Shown in pieces: positions 1 to 11,644 of a stretch of DNA of 64,000 nucleotides (the first letter of the stretch is position 1; every line of letters starts with the position of its first letter). Source of the stretch: a cyanobacterium endosymbiont of Rhopalodia gibba. Lineage in GTDB: Bacteria > Cyanobacteriota > Cyanobacteriia > Cyanobacteriales > Microcystaceae. The position numbers and the translations under genes are program-made. Under the pieces are notes generated by a model, which was given only the letters and a program-made list of their open reading frames with translations, made no database searches and was not told the origin of the DNA. The DNA lies in assembly GCA_045159875.1 (NCBI GenBank), contig CP067995.1, positions 2,752,001 through 2,816,000 of the forward strand, read 5' to 3'.

Positions 1-99
1 ACTAAATTAATGTACGTACAATTCTCAAGTCTTATTATTTCTAGTTTAGTTGAATTATTCCTTTTAGCTATCAACAGCAACAGATTTTAATCTTATATG

Positions 100-468
100 T
101 CCTTGGAAAAATAATAAAGAGAAAAGAAAGATGGTGGAATGTTGAGACTATTTTTAACAAAACTCGTACTTTCATCAGTTTTTGCTTCAAGAACGTCTGC
201 TTTGACAGCAAATTGATCTAGTTTTTATTTTACAGACGAGAGATTTTGTGCAGTTTATCAAGGTAATATTAACAGTTTTAAACAATTTGTTTTACTCTTT
301 GAACACGAAAATTAACTTACAATTCAAGCGAATAGTGATTTAAGCATAGCCGCCACCCGTCAAGTAAAAGTCCTTCCTTCCTATCAAGTGAATTTCGCCA
401 ATGATACATTGGTTTCTAATCATTTTTACCGCACAGACATAATTAGGAGAGCATATTATTTTGGTTAA
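100..468 (+). pseudogene. Probable 3' remnant of an unidentified degraded gene
   Basis: Frame ending at TAA 466-468 reads LTIQANSDLSIAATRQVKVLPSYQVNFANDTLVSNHFYRTDIIRRAYYFG; upstream frames are broken; family not recognised. Confidence 0.3.
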
Positions 469-485
469 GGGGAATACATCAGAAG

Positions 486-547
486 TCAAAATTACCCTTT
501 GTCTTAGTTAACCAAACATGATTAACTAAGACAGAGGGTAATTTTGA
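486..547. repeat. Long hairpin, 26-bp arms, 1 mismatch; possible terminator
   Basis: tcaaaattaccctttgtcttagttaa ... ttaactaagacagagggtaattttga. Confidence 0.9.
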
Positions 548-630
548 AAATAGACTTTTTTATAAAACTCAAATATTTTCCTTATAGTTCATATCACTAG
601 AAAAGTGTAATTTTCTATACCAGATTAACT

Positions 631-1542
631 ATGAAAAAAAGTTCATCAATTAATAATCGCTACCAAACAGACTTGATGTCCCTTCCTACTTGGCTCAGAC
701 GCTCTGTTGGCAAAGCCAGTGAGATGTCTGCTGTTCAGCGTATTATCAAACGACGAAATATTCATACAATATGTGAAGAAGGTCGTTGTCCAAACCGAGG
801 GGAATGTTATGCGCAGAAAACAGCGACTTTTCTGTTAATGGGTCCAACTTGCACTCGTTCGTGTGGTTTTTGTCAAGTGGATAAAGGTCATTCTCCCATG
901 GCATTGAATGTCTTAGAACCACAGAAAATAGCGGAATCGGTCAAGTTATTAGGATTGTTCTATGTTGTTTTAACTTCCGTAGCGCGCGATGACTTAACTG
1001 ATGGAGGTGCTAACTGGTTTGTCAGGGTTATGGAGTCCATTCGTCGGAGCAACCCCCATACGGAGATTGAAGTGCTAACCCCTGACTTTTGGGGAGGGAA
1101 AGAAGGAGAAATCACTCAAAGACAACGAGTCGCTACCATTGTAGCTGCTAAGCCTGCCTGTTATAATCACAATGTTGAAACCGTTCGACGTTTGCAAAAT
1201 CTCGTGAGAAGGGGGGCTAAATACGAGCGTTCTCTGGGTGTTTTGAAGTGGGTCAAAGAACTTGACAAATCCATTTCTACCAAATCCGGATTAATGTTGG
1301 GACATGGGGAAACAGAAACAGAAATTATCGAAACTCTCAAAGATTTAAGAAAAGTGGGATGCGATAACCTTACCCTAGGACAGTACATGCGTCCGTCTTT
1401 AAAACACCTTCCCGTGCAGAAATATTGGACTCCTGAAGAATTTGAGAAATTAGGGCAAATCGGGCGTTCTCTAGGATTTTACAATGTCCGTTCAGGCCCT
1501 TTAGTTAGAAGTTCTTACCATGCAGGGCAAAGCTTAAACTAA
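631..1542 (+). CDS. lipA: Lipoyl synthase (radical SAM)
   Basis: [12 protein letters not shown] and CTRSCGFC cluster motifs; C-terminal RSSYHA. Confidence 0.97.
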   Translation: MKKSSSINNRYQTDLMSLPTWLRRSVGKASEMSAVQRIIKRRNIHTICEEGRCPNRGECYAQKTATFLLMGPTCTRSCGFCQVDKGHSPMALNVLEPQKIAESVKLLGLFYVVLTSVARDDLTDGGANWFVRVMESIRRSNPHTEIEVLTPDFWGGKEGEITQRQRVATIVAAKPACYNHNVETVRRLQNLVRRGAKYERSLGVLKWVKELDKSISTKSGLMLGHGETETEIIETLKDLRKVGCDNLTLGQYMRPSLKHLPVQKYWTPEEFEKLGQIGRSLGFYNVRSGPLVRSSYHAGQSLN

Positions 1543-1560
1543 TATTTTCTTGTTATTTTG

Positions 1561-1728
1561 TTGACATACCCCACTTACTTCAGGAAGTGGACTTTTTCAG
1601 ATTTTCAATTCAACGGGTTTGCTTAAATCAAAATCCTTTTTTGTCTTTAACCTACAGACTATCTCTACCCGAAATAGAGTGAACTTCAGATTTTTATCCC
1701 ACTTCAGAAGTCCGTTATCCTATGCTCT
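1561..1728 (-). mobile_element. Remnant right end (omegaRNA region) of an IS200/IS605-family TnpB element
   Basis: Minus strand reads GCATAGGATAACGGAC...GTAGAGATAGTCTGTAG...GATTTAAGCAA...CCACTTCCTGAAGTAAGTGGGGTATGTCAA: subterminal hairpin ending in TCAA; resemblance to cyanobacterial tnpB right ends recalled from memory; no tnpB ORF left. Confidence 0.55.
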
Positions 1729-1934
1729 TTTCAATTATACGATTCAGATTATGTCGTGAAATACTTCTAACACTGATCATTATACGCGATACAGAATGGA
1801 CTTTGTGATCTACAACAAAATATTTTGCCCCATAATTATCTCTAAGGTAATTAGACTGTTTAAATCTTTTAACTAAAGCTTAAAGAAAAACGTATTTTTG
1901 ATGAAATTTAGCAGTTTTCGCTTATAATCTGACG

Positions 1935-2432
1935 ATGTCGTGGTCAACTAAATCTTCTTTCCTTTCGTTGAGTGTTGTTTTTTGCACCTATTGTCTGTTT
2001 GGCTGGAATGTGGGTCTCTCTGTCTCATCCTTGACTCGTTCCTTGATTCAACAGGGAAAAACTTGGGGATGGCTTCTCGAAAGTGACACAGTATTTTTGA
2101 TGTTGCACATCTTGGCCGGGGTTCTGGTACTAACAATTACTGCCAGTTTGGTTGCAGCACCGGTTGCGTTGATTACTATCGTATTTGGAAGTGGGTTTAA
2201 ATCTGATAATCGCGCTATGGTTTCGGTGCTCTGGTGGACTTTTGCCGTTGTCTTGATGGTTTGTTGGCTAGAGTATTTTATCAGACTACTTTTGTTATTG
2301 TGTGCAGCTACTCTAGGAAAGTTAGAACTACAAGATAAAGGATATCCACAATGGAAGGTTTTGTTTATTTTGATGATAATCTGCCTAGGGAGTTTTGGAT
2401 TGGGATTAGCCGTTTTTCATGGATATACTTAG
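1935..2432 (+). CDS. Hypothetical integral membrane protein
   Basis: 165-aa ORF with several hydrophobic segments; TATAAT just upstream. Confidence 0.8.
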   Translation: MSWSTKSSFLSLSVVFCTYCLFGWNVGLSVSSLTRSLIQQGKTWGWLLESDTVFLMLHILAGVLVLTITASLVAAPVALITIVFGSGFKSDNRAMVSVLWWTFAVVLMVCWLEYFIRLLLLLCAATLGKLELQDKGYPQWKVLFILMIICLGSFGLGLAVFHGYT

Positions 2433-2542
2433 GTGGCATTTGTTGAAAGTGAAATAAATCTTTATGTGACATTGTATACTGTGTTATATTGGCTTTATTT
2501 CACTAACTAAACTAATAATATCTGTTCTTAAATATTAAGGTT

Positions 2543-2980
2543 ATGTCCAATAATCCTCAAAAACCCTGTCAAAAAATTGTTGTTATTATCTCAGGGTTAG
2601 CTTTACTAGGAGTTATGATACTCCCCATATCGCGTTCAATAGATCAATCTCCGTATCCATCAGCAATCTCCACCACCAACAGTTCTCAACAAGAAAAGTT
2701 ACAAGTGCTCGCAGACGGCTATGAACAGGTATTAAAACGCGAACCTCAAAATACTACTGCTCTACAGGGATTAATAGAAGCAAGATTGCAACTCAAAGAC
2801 TTAAAAGGCGCCATTGTCCCAATGGAAAAATTAGTTCAATTATTCCCAGAAGAAGAAGAACTCGCGACTATCTTAAAAACTATGAAACAAGAATTAGAAA
2901 TACAAAAAAAATCATCCTCTTCGGTATTGTCTAATAATAATTCAGAACAACTCTTAATAGAAGACGAGGATAAGAATTAA
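2543..2980 (+). CDS. Membrane-anchored TPR-repeat protein
   Basis: N-terminal TM helix; GYEQVLKREPQNTTALQGLIEARLQL TPR-like motif. Confidence 0.85.
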   Translation: MSNNPQKPCQKIVVIISGLALLGVMILPISRSIDQSPYPSAISTTNSSQQEKLQVLADGYEQVLKREPQNTTALQGLIEARLQLKDLKGAIVPMEKLVQLFPEEEELATILKTMKQELEIQKKSSSSVLSNNNSEQLLIEDEDKN

Positions 2981-3237
2981 TCTGATGTATTTTCTTAAGT
3001 TAGTGAAATTAATAAATCAAGACATACTGAAGGCTTCTTTTCCTCAGAAAAAGCTGTATGGATTCATGATAAACAGCTTTAGGTTATATAACTTAATTTT
3101 TGTTGGGTTTAAACTGGAATAATTTAATATGTTTCTTAACTAGTTATAATTTAATTCTCAAAGAGAAAATCGATGTTAGTTTTGTAATGTTCTAATATCA
3201 AATCATTATTATTAAAATAATCTTTTAAGCAACCAAA

Positions 3238-3950
3238 TCAATCACATTCTTGCGTCCAGTTTAATTTATTTAATATTTGATGAATATCAGCAAAAAAATG
3301 TTGTGCTCTTAGAGAAAAAGTTTTATTTTTACTTAAGTTAAACTGCTTGGGCTTATAACCAATACTTTTGAGCTTATCTGATGACTTTCCCGCCACCATT
3401 CCACAAGCATAAGCTAGTCTATCAAAGAGCACATAACGTTCTCCTCAAATTTTATAGATTTGTCCTATCACTTATTTATCTCCTAATGAAGAAGCAATTT
3501 CTTCAACTAAATCTTAAACATAGTAAAATTGAGTAGAATGTAATCCATTTCCAGGAAGAGAAAAAAAGAAATCATGAATAGTTCTCTCAAAAAAAACTAG
3601 GCTTATAAATTACTCCAATTATGAGTACCTTAGAGATAAGTGGGATGAATAGAAGTCCAAGTTATGCTTCTTTCAGGTTTTATAAATTATGTTTTTAACC
3701 TTCCTTTGTCTCAAAAAATGGCCTTTTTGAGTTCTTAAATCAATCAAAATAGAACTAATATAAACAAAATATTCAATCTTATCTAAGAAAATTTCTACTA
3801 AAGATTTGAATACCATTTAATTCCTAACTATCGTTATTAAACATAATATCAAAATTTTTTAAAAGACGATCTTTTTGTTGGTGTAATAATATCTTTATGT
3901 GCGCCATAATTGTCTTCTATTCTAGAGACTAGTGCAAATTTATCCTCTTA
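3238..3950 (-). pseudogene. Degraded unidentified gene
   Basis: 64-aa residual ORF plus protein-like upstream fragments broken by stops (NGLHSTQFYYV*DLVEEIASSLGDK*VIGQ). Confidence 0.3.
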
Positions 3951-4212
3951 CGTCAAATAAAACAACTTCATGATCTTGTTCGAATAAAACTTTAACTGAA
4001 TAAACTTCAATAAAACTGACTTCTCTCATGATTAGAACATGCATTATTTATCTTCAGAGAAGATAATAAAAAAGAAAATAGTCAGAATTTTATCTCTATT
4101 AAAATTTGTTAATTTTGTGACTAAAATTTAGTTTTAATTAGCAATACAATTATTATTAACTTAATTATGGTAAATTCTAAACCAAATATTTCCTAAAAAC
4201 AACGACAATTTC

Positions 4213-4250
4213 TTCTATTCCTTAGAATACTTGTAATCTAAGGAATAGAA
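4213..4250. repeat. Hairpin, 14-bp perfect arms
   Basis: ttctattccttaga ... tctaaggaatagaa. Confidence 0.85.
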
Positions 4251-4457
4251 AGGATACTTGATTATTTATCATAATCTATGATTATCTATTATCCTGGCTT
4301 AGTGATTTAAGTTTTATCGTAAAGTTGATATTCTAATCTGTTGAAAAAACAAAACTTTATTACATCTACATCCCATTGACTTTTTTTGTCCTATTTCTCG
4401 AACTTATAAGGATGAGGTAAAAAACTTTTTCTTGTTCTGACTTTAGAAGTTCAGTAA

Positions 4458-5141
4458 TCATCCTCTCCCTTCAGGAGTAGCTAATTCAGGGTATCCTGCC
4501 TCAATTAAGGCTAAATTACGTATACGACAAGAATCACATAAACCACAGGGGTTTTCTCCTCCTTGATAACAAGACCAAGTATCCTCAATGGTGATCCCTA
4601 GAGCAATAGCGCGGTGTACAATATCTACTTTGGAATTCCTAAGTAAAGGGGCAATTAATTGTGGGGCATTGCCTTCAATTCCTGCTTTTGAAGATAAATT
4701 AGCTAACCTTTGATAAGCTTCAAGATAGTCCGAACGACAATCAGGATATCCTGAATAATCTACAGCATTAATTCCTATGAAAATCGCCTTAGCTTCTTTA
4801 GTTTCTGCTAGAGAGAGCGCAAGAGCGATAAAAACAGTATTTCTTCCTGGAACGTAGGTAGAGGGAATAATATTAGATTCAATTCCTTTTTGAGGAATAG
4901 TCAAAGACTTATCAGTTAGGGATGATCCTCCCCATTGAGCAATATTAACATCAATAATGTAGTGTTCGGTTATACCTAAGTCTTGAGCGATCTTCTTAGC
5001 TGCTGTTAATTCCTTTTCATTTCGTTGTCCATAGCGTAGAGAAAGAGCAATTAGATTGTAACCTTCAAAGAGAGCGATTGCGGCTGAGGTAGCTGAATCT
5101 AAGCCTCCAGATAGCAGGACAACGGCTCGAGGTTGATTCAT
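4458..5141 (-). CDS. queC: 7-cyano-7-deazaguanine synthase
   Basis: [18 protein letters not shown] and CGLCDSC motifs. Confidence 0.97.
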   Translation of the reverse strand: MNQPRAVVLLSGGLDSATSAAIALFEGYNLIALSLRYGQRNEKELTAAKKIAQDLGITEHYIIDVNIAQWGGSSLTDKSLTIPQKGIESNIIPSTYVPGRNTVFIALALSLAETKEAKAIFIGINAVDYSGYPDCRSDYLEAYQRLANLSSKAGIEGNAPQLIAPLLRNSKVDIVHRAIALGITIEDTWSCYQGGENPCGLCDSCRIRNLALIEAGYPELATPEGRG

Positions 5142-5209
5142 AATGTTTTGTATACTCCTTTCCTTGTTAAGGAAAATCTATCTTTGCAGTTATTGTAGAA
5201 AATGAATTA

Positions 5210-5503
5210 ATGAAAAACCTTAAAACTCGTTTTGGTGAAGATCTTTCTGATGTTACATGGGAATACTTAATGTTCCATGCTCAAAAAGATACTATCATTT
5301 TTGTCACTAAACAGTTTTTTAAAATAAAAGTCAGGATTGCTATTGCTCAAGATAGTGTAAACTCTGTGCAACATTGGATGACCAAAGCCTTCATTCACAA
5401 ACCCTCTCCCGAACAATTGACAACTTGGAATGCTGATTCTTCCATTTGATTTAGCACATTAATTTTGCAGCTTTTTGTCTTAATTCAATATAAGGTAGAA
5501 TGA
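5210..5503 (+). pseudogene. DUF2288-family gene with premature stop
   Basis: ORF stops at TGA 5447-5449, but the same frame continues FSTLILQLFVLIQYKVE*, matching the family C-terminus (F..LIVQP.VL.Q). Confidence 0.7.
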
Positions 5504-5663
5504 GAATAAATTTGATTATGTAAAGTTTTACTAGGGCTATATAAATTTTATTAATACTTCGTAAACATTTATGCCAATAGAACCCAAAGCAGGTGTTCAC
5601 AAAAAGTTAACTAGGTTTTTAACTTGAAGTTAATCTATTTAAAATAATCAATTTTTTTCTATT

Positions 5664-6491
5664 TTATAGAATTTTTTCTAGTCCATAAATAAGAGATTTT
5701 AGTTGAGTTATTTTGCGAATAGCTAATAAAACTCCCGTCATATAACAAGAGCGATCACTGGTATCATGGCGTAAAGTATAAAGTTCCCCTTTTGCCCCAA
5801 AAAGAATTTCTTGGTGGGCGATTAAGCCAGGTAAACGCACACTATGAATTCTGATATTATTATTTCCTAACCCACCTCTTGATCCTTGAATAGTTTCTGT
5901 TTCTTTCACCGAAGAAGGGTTATATATTTTGCCCAAATCTGACAACATCTGAGCTGTTTTAACAGCAGTTCCACTAGGTGCATCTGCCTTTTGATTATGG
6001 TGAAATTCAACAATTTCTACATGATTAAAGTATTGAGATGCTTGAATTGCCGCTTGTTGCAATAACACCATACCAATAGAAAAATTAGGGATAATCAAAC
6101 ATCCGGTACTAGCTTTTTCAGCAAATTCTCCTAATTCTTTGATTTGTTTTTCGCTTAATCCTGTTGTCCCTACCACTGGACGTACTCCATAAGCAATCGC
6201 ACTTCGCACATTCTCATAGACCCCATCGGGGTGAGTAAAATCTACCATGACCCCTTGTACCTTTTCTTGGGCGGCTAAAACTAAAATACTTTGCAAATCA
6301 TTAATAATCGGTACCTCTAACGCCCCACATCCAGCCACTTCCCCGACATCTTGCCCATGATAATCAGGGTTATGATCCACTGCTCCGACTAACATCATAT
6401 CTTCAGCTTGAAAGACAGCCTTAACGACTTCACGCCCCATTTTACCTGCTGCTCCGTTCACTACTACTGGAATTAAAGATTCAGTTTTCAT
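5664..6491 (-). CDS. dapB: 4-hydroxy-tetrahydrodipicolinate reductase
   Basis: GAAGKMG nucleotide-binding motif; [15 protein letters not shown] signature. Confidence 0.97.
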   Translation of the reverse strand: MKTESLIPVVVNGAAGKMGREVVKAVFQAEDMMLVGAVDHNPDYHGQDVGEVAGCGALEVPIINDLQSILVLAAQEKVQGVMVDFTHPDGVYENVRSAIAYGVRPVVGTTGLSEKQIKELGEFAEKASTGCLIIPNFSIGMVLLQQAAIQASQYFNHVEIVEFHHNQKADAPSGTAVKTAQMLSDLGKIYNPSSVKETETIQGSRGGLGNNNIRIHSVRLPGLIAHQEILFGAKGELYTLRHDTSDRSCYMTGVLLAIRKITQLKSLIYGLEKIL

Positions 6492-7489
6492 TGATAATTA
6501 TCCTGAAGAATAAGTCTACAAATTGCATATTTTTTGTATTTTAACCTATTTGACACTTCTGTCGTTAGGTCTTCTATAATTACAGTAAATTTGCACTTAT
6601 CTGTGGACACAAAATATATCTACAGATTGGCAAGTAGACTTATTTTATAAAAAGATTGAAGATTTCCTAGACGGTTGCGTTCTTCTTCTAAAATGATTGG
6701 AATTAATTATTTTTAAAACATCTCTCACAATCTGTCAATTATGACATTAACAATAGTATTTATTGTGATAATAATAGTTTATTTAAAAAATAAATTAACG
6801 GAATTACTAATAAAAATATCTAAAAAACTATAAATAAACTAAGCCAATAAGTTATCTCCAGGAGAAACGGTAAACTTCAAAAAAAAATATTTATTAGTAG
6901 TAAAAATATCAATTTTTTTTAAAAAAAATAAAATTGCAGCGAAGAAATTTACGTAAAAAGCTGAATTAGGAGAAGATATATTGCATTTTGCTAAACAAGT
7001 CAATACTCGATACAACTTCAAAATACAAGTTGAAGAAGAAAAATACGTTAGAAATAAAAAAAAAGTATTTTTAAGGACAAATAGCTCTTCAAAAAGAACG
7101 GAAAGCTAAATTATGATAGATATATAGAACATTACTATTTCTAATTCAACAGAGACTAATTAGAGAAGAAATACAGAAAATTTTTGAGAGAGAATAAAAG
7201 ATGAAACAGGAACTATTGAAACGATTTATCGGTGGGATTAAAAGTCTATTTATTGCACTAAAAAAGCTTGTGAAGAACTAGGCTAGGCGTTGGATTATGG
7301 AATTTACTACTCATCCTGAACTAAGGATATTTGAAAAATAGTAAAAAATATTAACAATATATTAAAATTAATTAAAAAACAAGCCTAATAACTCTAGAAA
7401 ATTAGAAAAATTTAACCTAGAAGTTTTTTAATTTGTAAAATACAAAGTCAAGAAACTTCGTCATTTCAGTATAACCATCAAATTTCACT

Positions 7490-7537
7490 AATGTTATACT
7501 CATTAGTTTTTAGCTAAAAACTAATGAGTATAACATT
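7490..7537. repeat. Perfect 48-bp palindrome, no spacer
   Basis: aatgttatactcattagtttttag|ctaaaaactaatgagtataacatt. Confidence 0.95.
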
Positions 7538-7684
7538 TATTTTAACTACTTAAGTTAGATGATTAATCCTGAATAGGTACAACAACTCCTAACCTATCCC
7601 AGTTTTAGCGAGCCTATTAAAGGACTCGACCAACTATGTTAGTTTGACCATAAAATTGCTTTTATCTTACTACAATTTCCGATT

Positions 7685-7718
7685 ACTAATACTAATGAAC
7701 GAGTTTATTAGTATTAGT
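7685..7718. repeat. Hairpin, 16-bp arms, 1 mismatch
   Basis: actaatactaatgaac GA gtttattagtattagt. Confidence 0.8.
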
Positions 7719-7945
7719 GAATCAATTTTTGGCAATCAAGATTCAAAGGTGGCATTGAAGTTACACAAGTGATCTCTTCCTTAAAATAACTCCGAAATTG
7801 ATACTGGATAAGTAGCTCAAGAAGCAAAGGCATATTTAATCTATTTACATCTTTGAAAGTGAGAAAATTTCGTTTGAATAAGAGAAGAAAGTCTGCCACA
7901 ATGAAAAAATATGACATTTAAACATTAAAACTCGGAGGAAACACT

Positions 7946-8173
7946 TTGCCACATACTATCATTACTGAAACCTGTGAAGGGGTTGCTGACTGTATAGACG
8001 TTTGTCCTGTTGCTTGCATCCATGAAGGTCCGGGCAAAAATGTTAATGGAACTGATTGGTATTGGATAGACTTTCAAACCTGTATTGATTGTGGAATTTG
8101 CATAACAGTTTGTCCAGTTGAAGGCGCAATTATTCCAGAAGAACGCCCTGAATTACAGAAAACACCATTCTAA
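7946..8173 (+). CDS. Small bacterial-type dicluster Fe-S ferredoxin (TTG start)
   Basis: CEGVADCIDVCP and CIDCGICITVCP motifs; GGAGG RBS upstream. Confidence 0.92.
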   Translation: MPHTIITETCEGVADCIDVCPVACIHEGPGKNVNGTDWYWIDFQTCIDCGICITVCPVEGAIIPEERPELQKTPF

Positions 8174-8269
8174 ATGGTCTAAAATAGAGGTTATCAACGG
8201 CTCATGGGAAAGACATTACCAGAATTTAAGTTAGTTTTTTACCCTAAATCATTGATAATTTTAAAGTCT

Positions 8270-8994
8270 ATAGAAAATATTTTAGAAGGAAAAAAAAGTG
8301 TTTATACAAGATATTTTGAAGACTTCAATATGCTGTAAGGAATTAACTTTCGTGTTACCCTAGAGAAATTAGTAGCTGTAATTGATCCTAATGGGCAGAA
8401 AAATCCACGTTTGGCCAAAACGATTTCTGGACTATTAACCCCCAAGCAGGGCAAAATCATCTTTAAAGTAGAAAATATCGCTCGGGTGCAATCAGATAAA
8501 ATTATCCGTTATGGGATGTGCTATGTTCCTCAAATTTCTAATGTTTTTTCTGCCTTAACCATCGACGAAAACTTAAAAGTGGGAGCCTTTTTTAAAAAAT
8601 GCTCTTTAAAAGAGGATAAAGATCGCATTTGTACCATGTTTCCTCGTTTGGGACAACATCGTCGTCAACGAGCTGGTCGGCTATCAGGGGGAGAACGCCA
8701 AATGCTAGCGATGGAACGAGCTTTAATGCTTGATCTAATTTGTTACTTTTAGATGAACCTTCGGTTGCCCTATCCCCCATTTTAGTTAAAAATATTTTTG
8801 AGTAAATTAAAGCCGTTAATCGAATGGGCAAAGCTATTGTTTTAGTAGAATAAAACGCTAAAAAAGCTCTGTTTAGCACTGATCGAGGCTATGTTTTAGA
8901 AAATGGCTGCGACCGTATTGAAGGATCAGGAGAATCCCTTCTTGATAATCCTAAAGTTGATCGATTATATTTGGATGCTGCTCATCAAGAGTGA
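8270..8994 (+). pseudogene. Branched-chain/neutral amino acid ABC transporter ATPase (NatE/LivF-like), inactivated
   Basis: LSGGERQMLAM signature, then frameshift to LDEPSVALSP..E*IK..LVE*NAKKAL..DRGYVLENG; degraded Walker A; several stops. Confidence 0.9.
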
Positions 8995-9361
8995 TAATAA
9001 CCGGCTTGACCAAACTTAGGATAGTCAAAGTTCGTTAAAACCGAACATAGCCTAAATTTGGCAATAATTTTATTAATAAATAAACTTTTAAGAACTAAAA
9101 CAATTCTTAAATAAGATTCTCAAGACATTAATATTAACGATTATATATAACAGGCTGAATAAAACTTAGTAACCTAAATAAGTTTGAAAGAAATTAAAGG
9201 TATAAAAATTTTTAAAATAAAGGAGAAAGATTCATTTAATTTTTTGTGTTGAAGAGCTCGAGATAATGTCAACAGATTTTATGTTATCAAATCAATAGAT
9301 TTATCTAAAAATAGATTTTAGACTTTGGGTTATACTTTTAAAAGTTATTATCTTTGTCTAA

Positions 9362-9410
9362 TCATCAATAAATACAATAGACTATAATAGTCTATTGTAT
9401 TTATTGATGA
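9362..9410. repeat. Perfect palindrome, 24-bp arms, 1-nt centre
   Basis: tcatcaataaatacaatagactat A atagtctattgtatttattgatga. Confidence 0.95.
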
Positions 9411-9625
9411 AAATTATCTTAGTAAAATATTTTTGTTAAACAAGTAATGAAAAATAAAGTCATATTTTAATCTTTTTTTAAAGAATATTAATTATTTTTT
9501 CTTCGGTCATTAACATCCGAGTTTCTAATTATCTTCCTTTTTTACTCTAAAACAACCTAATGACTATCTCCGTCTTTCTAAGAAAAATTTCTATTTAGAT
9601 AGAATAAAGTGAACAAACTAAAACA

Positions 9626-10568
9626 ATAAAGTCGTACTCCATGGATATTTTTACTCAAATCATAGAAACTAGCAATAGAACTAATCAACGAACTCCGCGA
9701 CTGGCAGAACTTTTTAAAGTAAATTTAAATTTTTTTAATTATTGTCTTGGATGTTAGAAAGTAAAAATAAGCATAAAACTGTTCCTGCATGGCTTAGGCA
9801 AACTCCTTTTGGCTGAGAAAAAAAAACTTAATTTCATGAAATATTTTATAGACCAATGCAAGATTTTTTTTCGACAATTAAGTATTTACTTGAACGAAAA
9901 CCAAGTATTATATATAGTCGTAGTCTGTATTTTTTCCATATTTGTTTCTGTCCAAAAACTTAAGTTTACCTAAATAAAGAATACTTTATCCCTTAGAACT
10001 TTACACAGATTTGGTTTAATTCTTGGCCTAGTAATATTCAACGAAACTCGGAGAACTCAAACGTTAAAACCTAGAAACCTAGTCTTTATTGAAAAACCCG
10101 GGGGATAAGCTAACTATGGGTCTTCACTTTGCCAGAGCAACTAAAGGAAAACAAGTTTATAATAAATATTCCAATAGCAAAAGAAAAAATATTATGTTTA
10201 TTTAAAAATTGACTATATTGAGTTGTTGGGCTCTTCTCACTGATAAAATAGAAGTGCTTATACCATAAATTTTACTACAAGCTTATGTACTTAGAAATGA
10301 TTGACCGACTGATAAAACTACAAAATTTAGAAAAATAATGAGATCTATAGAAGTAAAACTCGTATTTTTTTTACTCCTCTTATTTCAACTTAATTAAAAC
10401 TGTTAGTCACAAATTTAAGGATATTTTTACCATAAAAAAATTTAAAATTTTAGAGGTATTAATCAATCAAAGTATCAATGAAACGGTTGACTTAGTAACC
10501 TATGAAGACATAATTGCCTGGTTTATCCACTGCTGTTATTATGGGCTACCCAATTGAAAACTGCTATA
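9626..10568 (+). mobile_element. Degraded IS630-family element (copy 1)
   Basis: Fragments IKSYSMD..LAELFKV (HTH), PRNLVFIEKPG..FARATKGKQVY (first DDE block), DLVTYEDIIAWFIHCCYY (C-terminus); ends CAATTGAAAACTGCTATA with a TA target. Confidence 0.8.
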
Positions 10569-10760
10569 AGAAAAAAATGAACAGGAATGGTATTTTGTAT
10601 GATGTGACGCAATTAAGCACAGAGCTTTATTGTCAAAAGTCAGTCAAATACCCTAAAGTTTGACTCCTTTAGCTACAGTAATTATATTTACATCAAATAA
10701 AACGAATGCGACTTTGTGTCTCTTTTACTTAAATACCCTGTAAGCTAGAACAAAAATTTA

Positions 10761-11591
10761 ATGCTGACCTATCAAACCAAGGGAGATACCTCTTTGAGTA
10801 CCCCAATCCACCCTACTGCCATTATTCACCCGAAAGCAGAACTTCACCCCACCGTAGAAGTCGGCCCTTATGCAGTGATTGGAGAAAATGTAAAAATTAA
10901 TGCTCGAACCGTTGTTGGGGCTCATGCTATTATCGAAGGACCAATAGAAATTGGAGTTAATAATCGTATTTTTCCCAATGCTGTTATTGGTTCAGACCCC
11001 CAAGACTTAAAATATAAAGGAGCAGCCAGTTGTGCTAAAATTGGGGACCACAATATCATTAGAGAATTTGTTACTATTAATCGGGCAACCCACGCCGATG
11101 AGGTGACCCAAATTGGTGATCATAACCTGTTGATGGCTTATGTCCATGTTGCACACAATTGTGTGATTGAAGACAATGTCATTATTGCCAATGCTGTCGC
11201 TTTAGCTGGTCATGTTTACATTGAATCACGAGCAGTTGTTGGTGGAGCATTAGGGGTTCATCAATTTGTTCGTATCGGACGTAATGCCATGCTAGGGGGG
11301 ATGAGTCGTATTGATCGAGATGCTCCTCCGTTTATGATGATCGAAGGAAATCCATCACGGGTGCGCTCACTCAATTTAGTCGGACTCAAAAGAGCTGGAC
11401 TCACCACCCAAGATATAGGATACCTAAAAGAAGCCTTTCGTTTCCTTTATCGTTCAAATTTTACATTTAAAGAAGCTCTAGAGCAATTATCGAAGATCTC
11501 TGACAACGAATATGTTAAGTATCTCCACCATTTTTTGATGGACTCCACCACAGGAGAAAAACGACGCGGACCCATTCCAGCAAAAGCTTAG
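10761..11591 (+). CDS. lpxA: UDP-N-acetylglucosamine O-acyltransferase (true start probably TTG at 10794)
   Basis: Hexapeptide repeats IHPTAIIHP; PQDLKY, REFVTINR, HVAHNC, HQFVRIG motifs. Confidence 0.97.
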   Translation: MLTYQTKGDTSLSTPIHPTAIIHPKAELHPTVEVGPYAVIGENVKINARTVVGAHAIIEGPIEIGVNNRIFPNAVIGSDPQDLKYKGAASCAKIGDHNIIREFVTINRATHADEVTQIGDHNLLMAYVHVAHNCVIEDNVIIANAVALAGHVYIESRAVVGGALGVHQFVRIGRNAMLGGMSRIDRDAPPFMMIEGNPSRVRSLNLVGLKRAGLTTQDIGYLKEAFRFLYRSNFTFKEALEQLSKISDNEYVKYLHHFLMDSTTGEKRRGPIPAKA

Positions 11592-11644
11592 GGAAAAGCA
11601 CCAAGAGTTAACTACGGGGTTCATTTACACTTTTTAGGGAATCT

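Noticed and set aside
1167..1388. 73-aa minus-strand ORF
   Set aside because: Antisense shadow inside lipA; same reasoning for 1948-2136, 21255-21437, 23160-23384, 24201-24464, 36872-37087 and the alternate-frame ORFs 19494-19682 and 62757-63005
6839..7917. Short minus-strand ORFs 6839-7021 and 7714-7917
   Set aside because: AT-rich low-complexity translations with no recognisable motif; probably chance ORFs in decayed DNA
8411..8879. ORFs 8411-8752 (+) and 8592-8879 (-) as genes
   Set aside because: Fragment and antisense shadow of the natE/livF-like pseudogene
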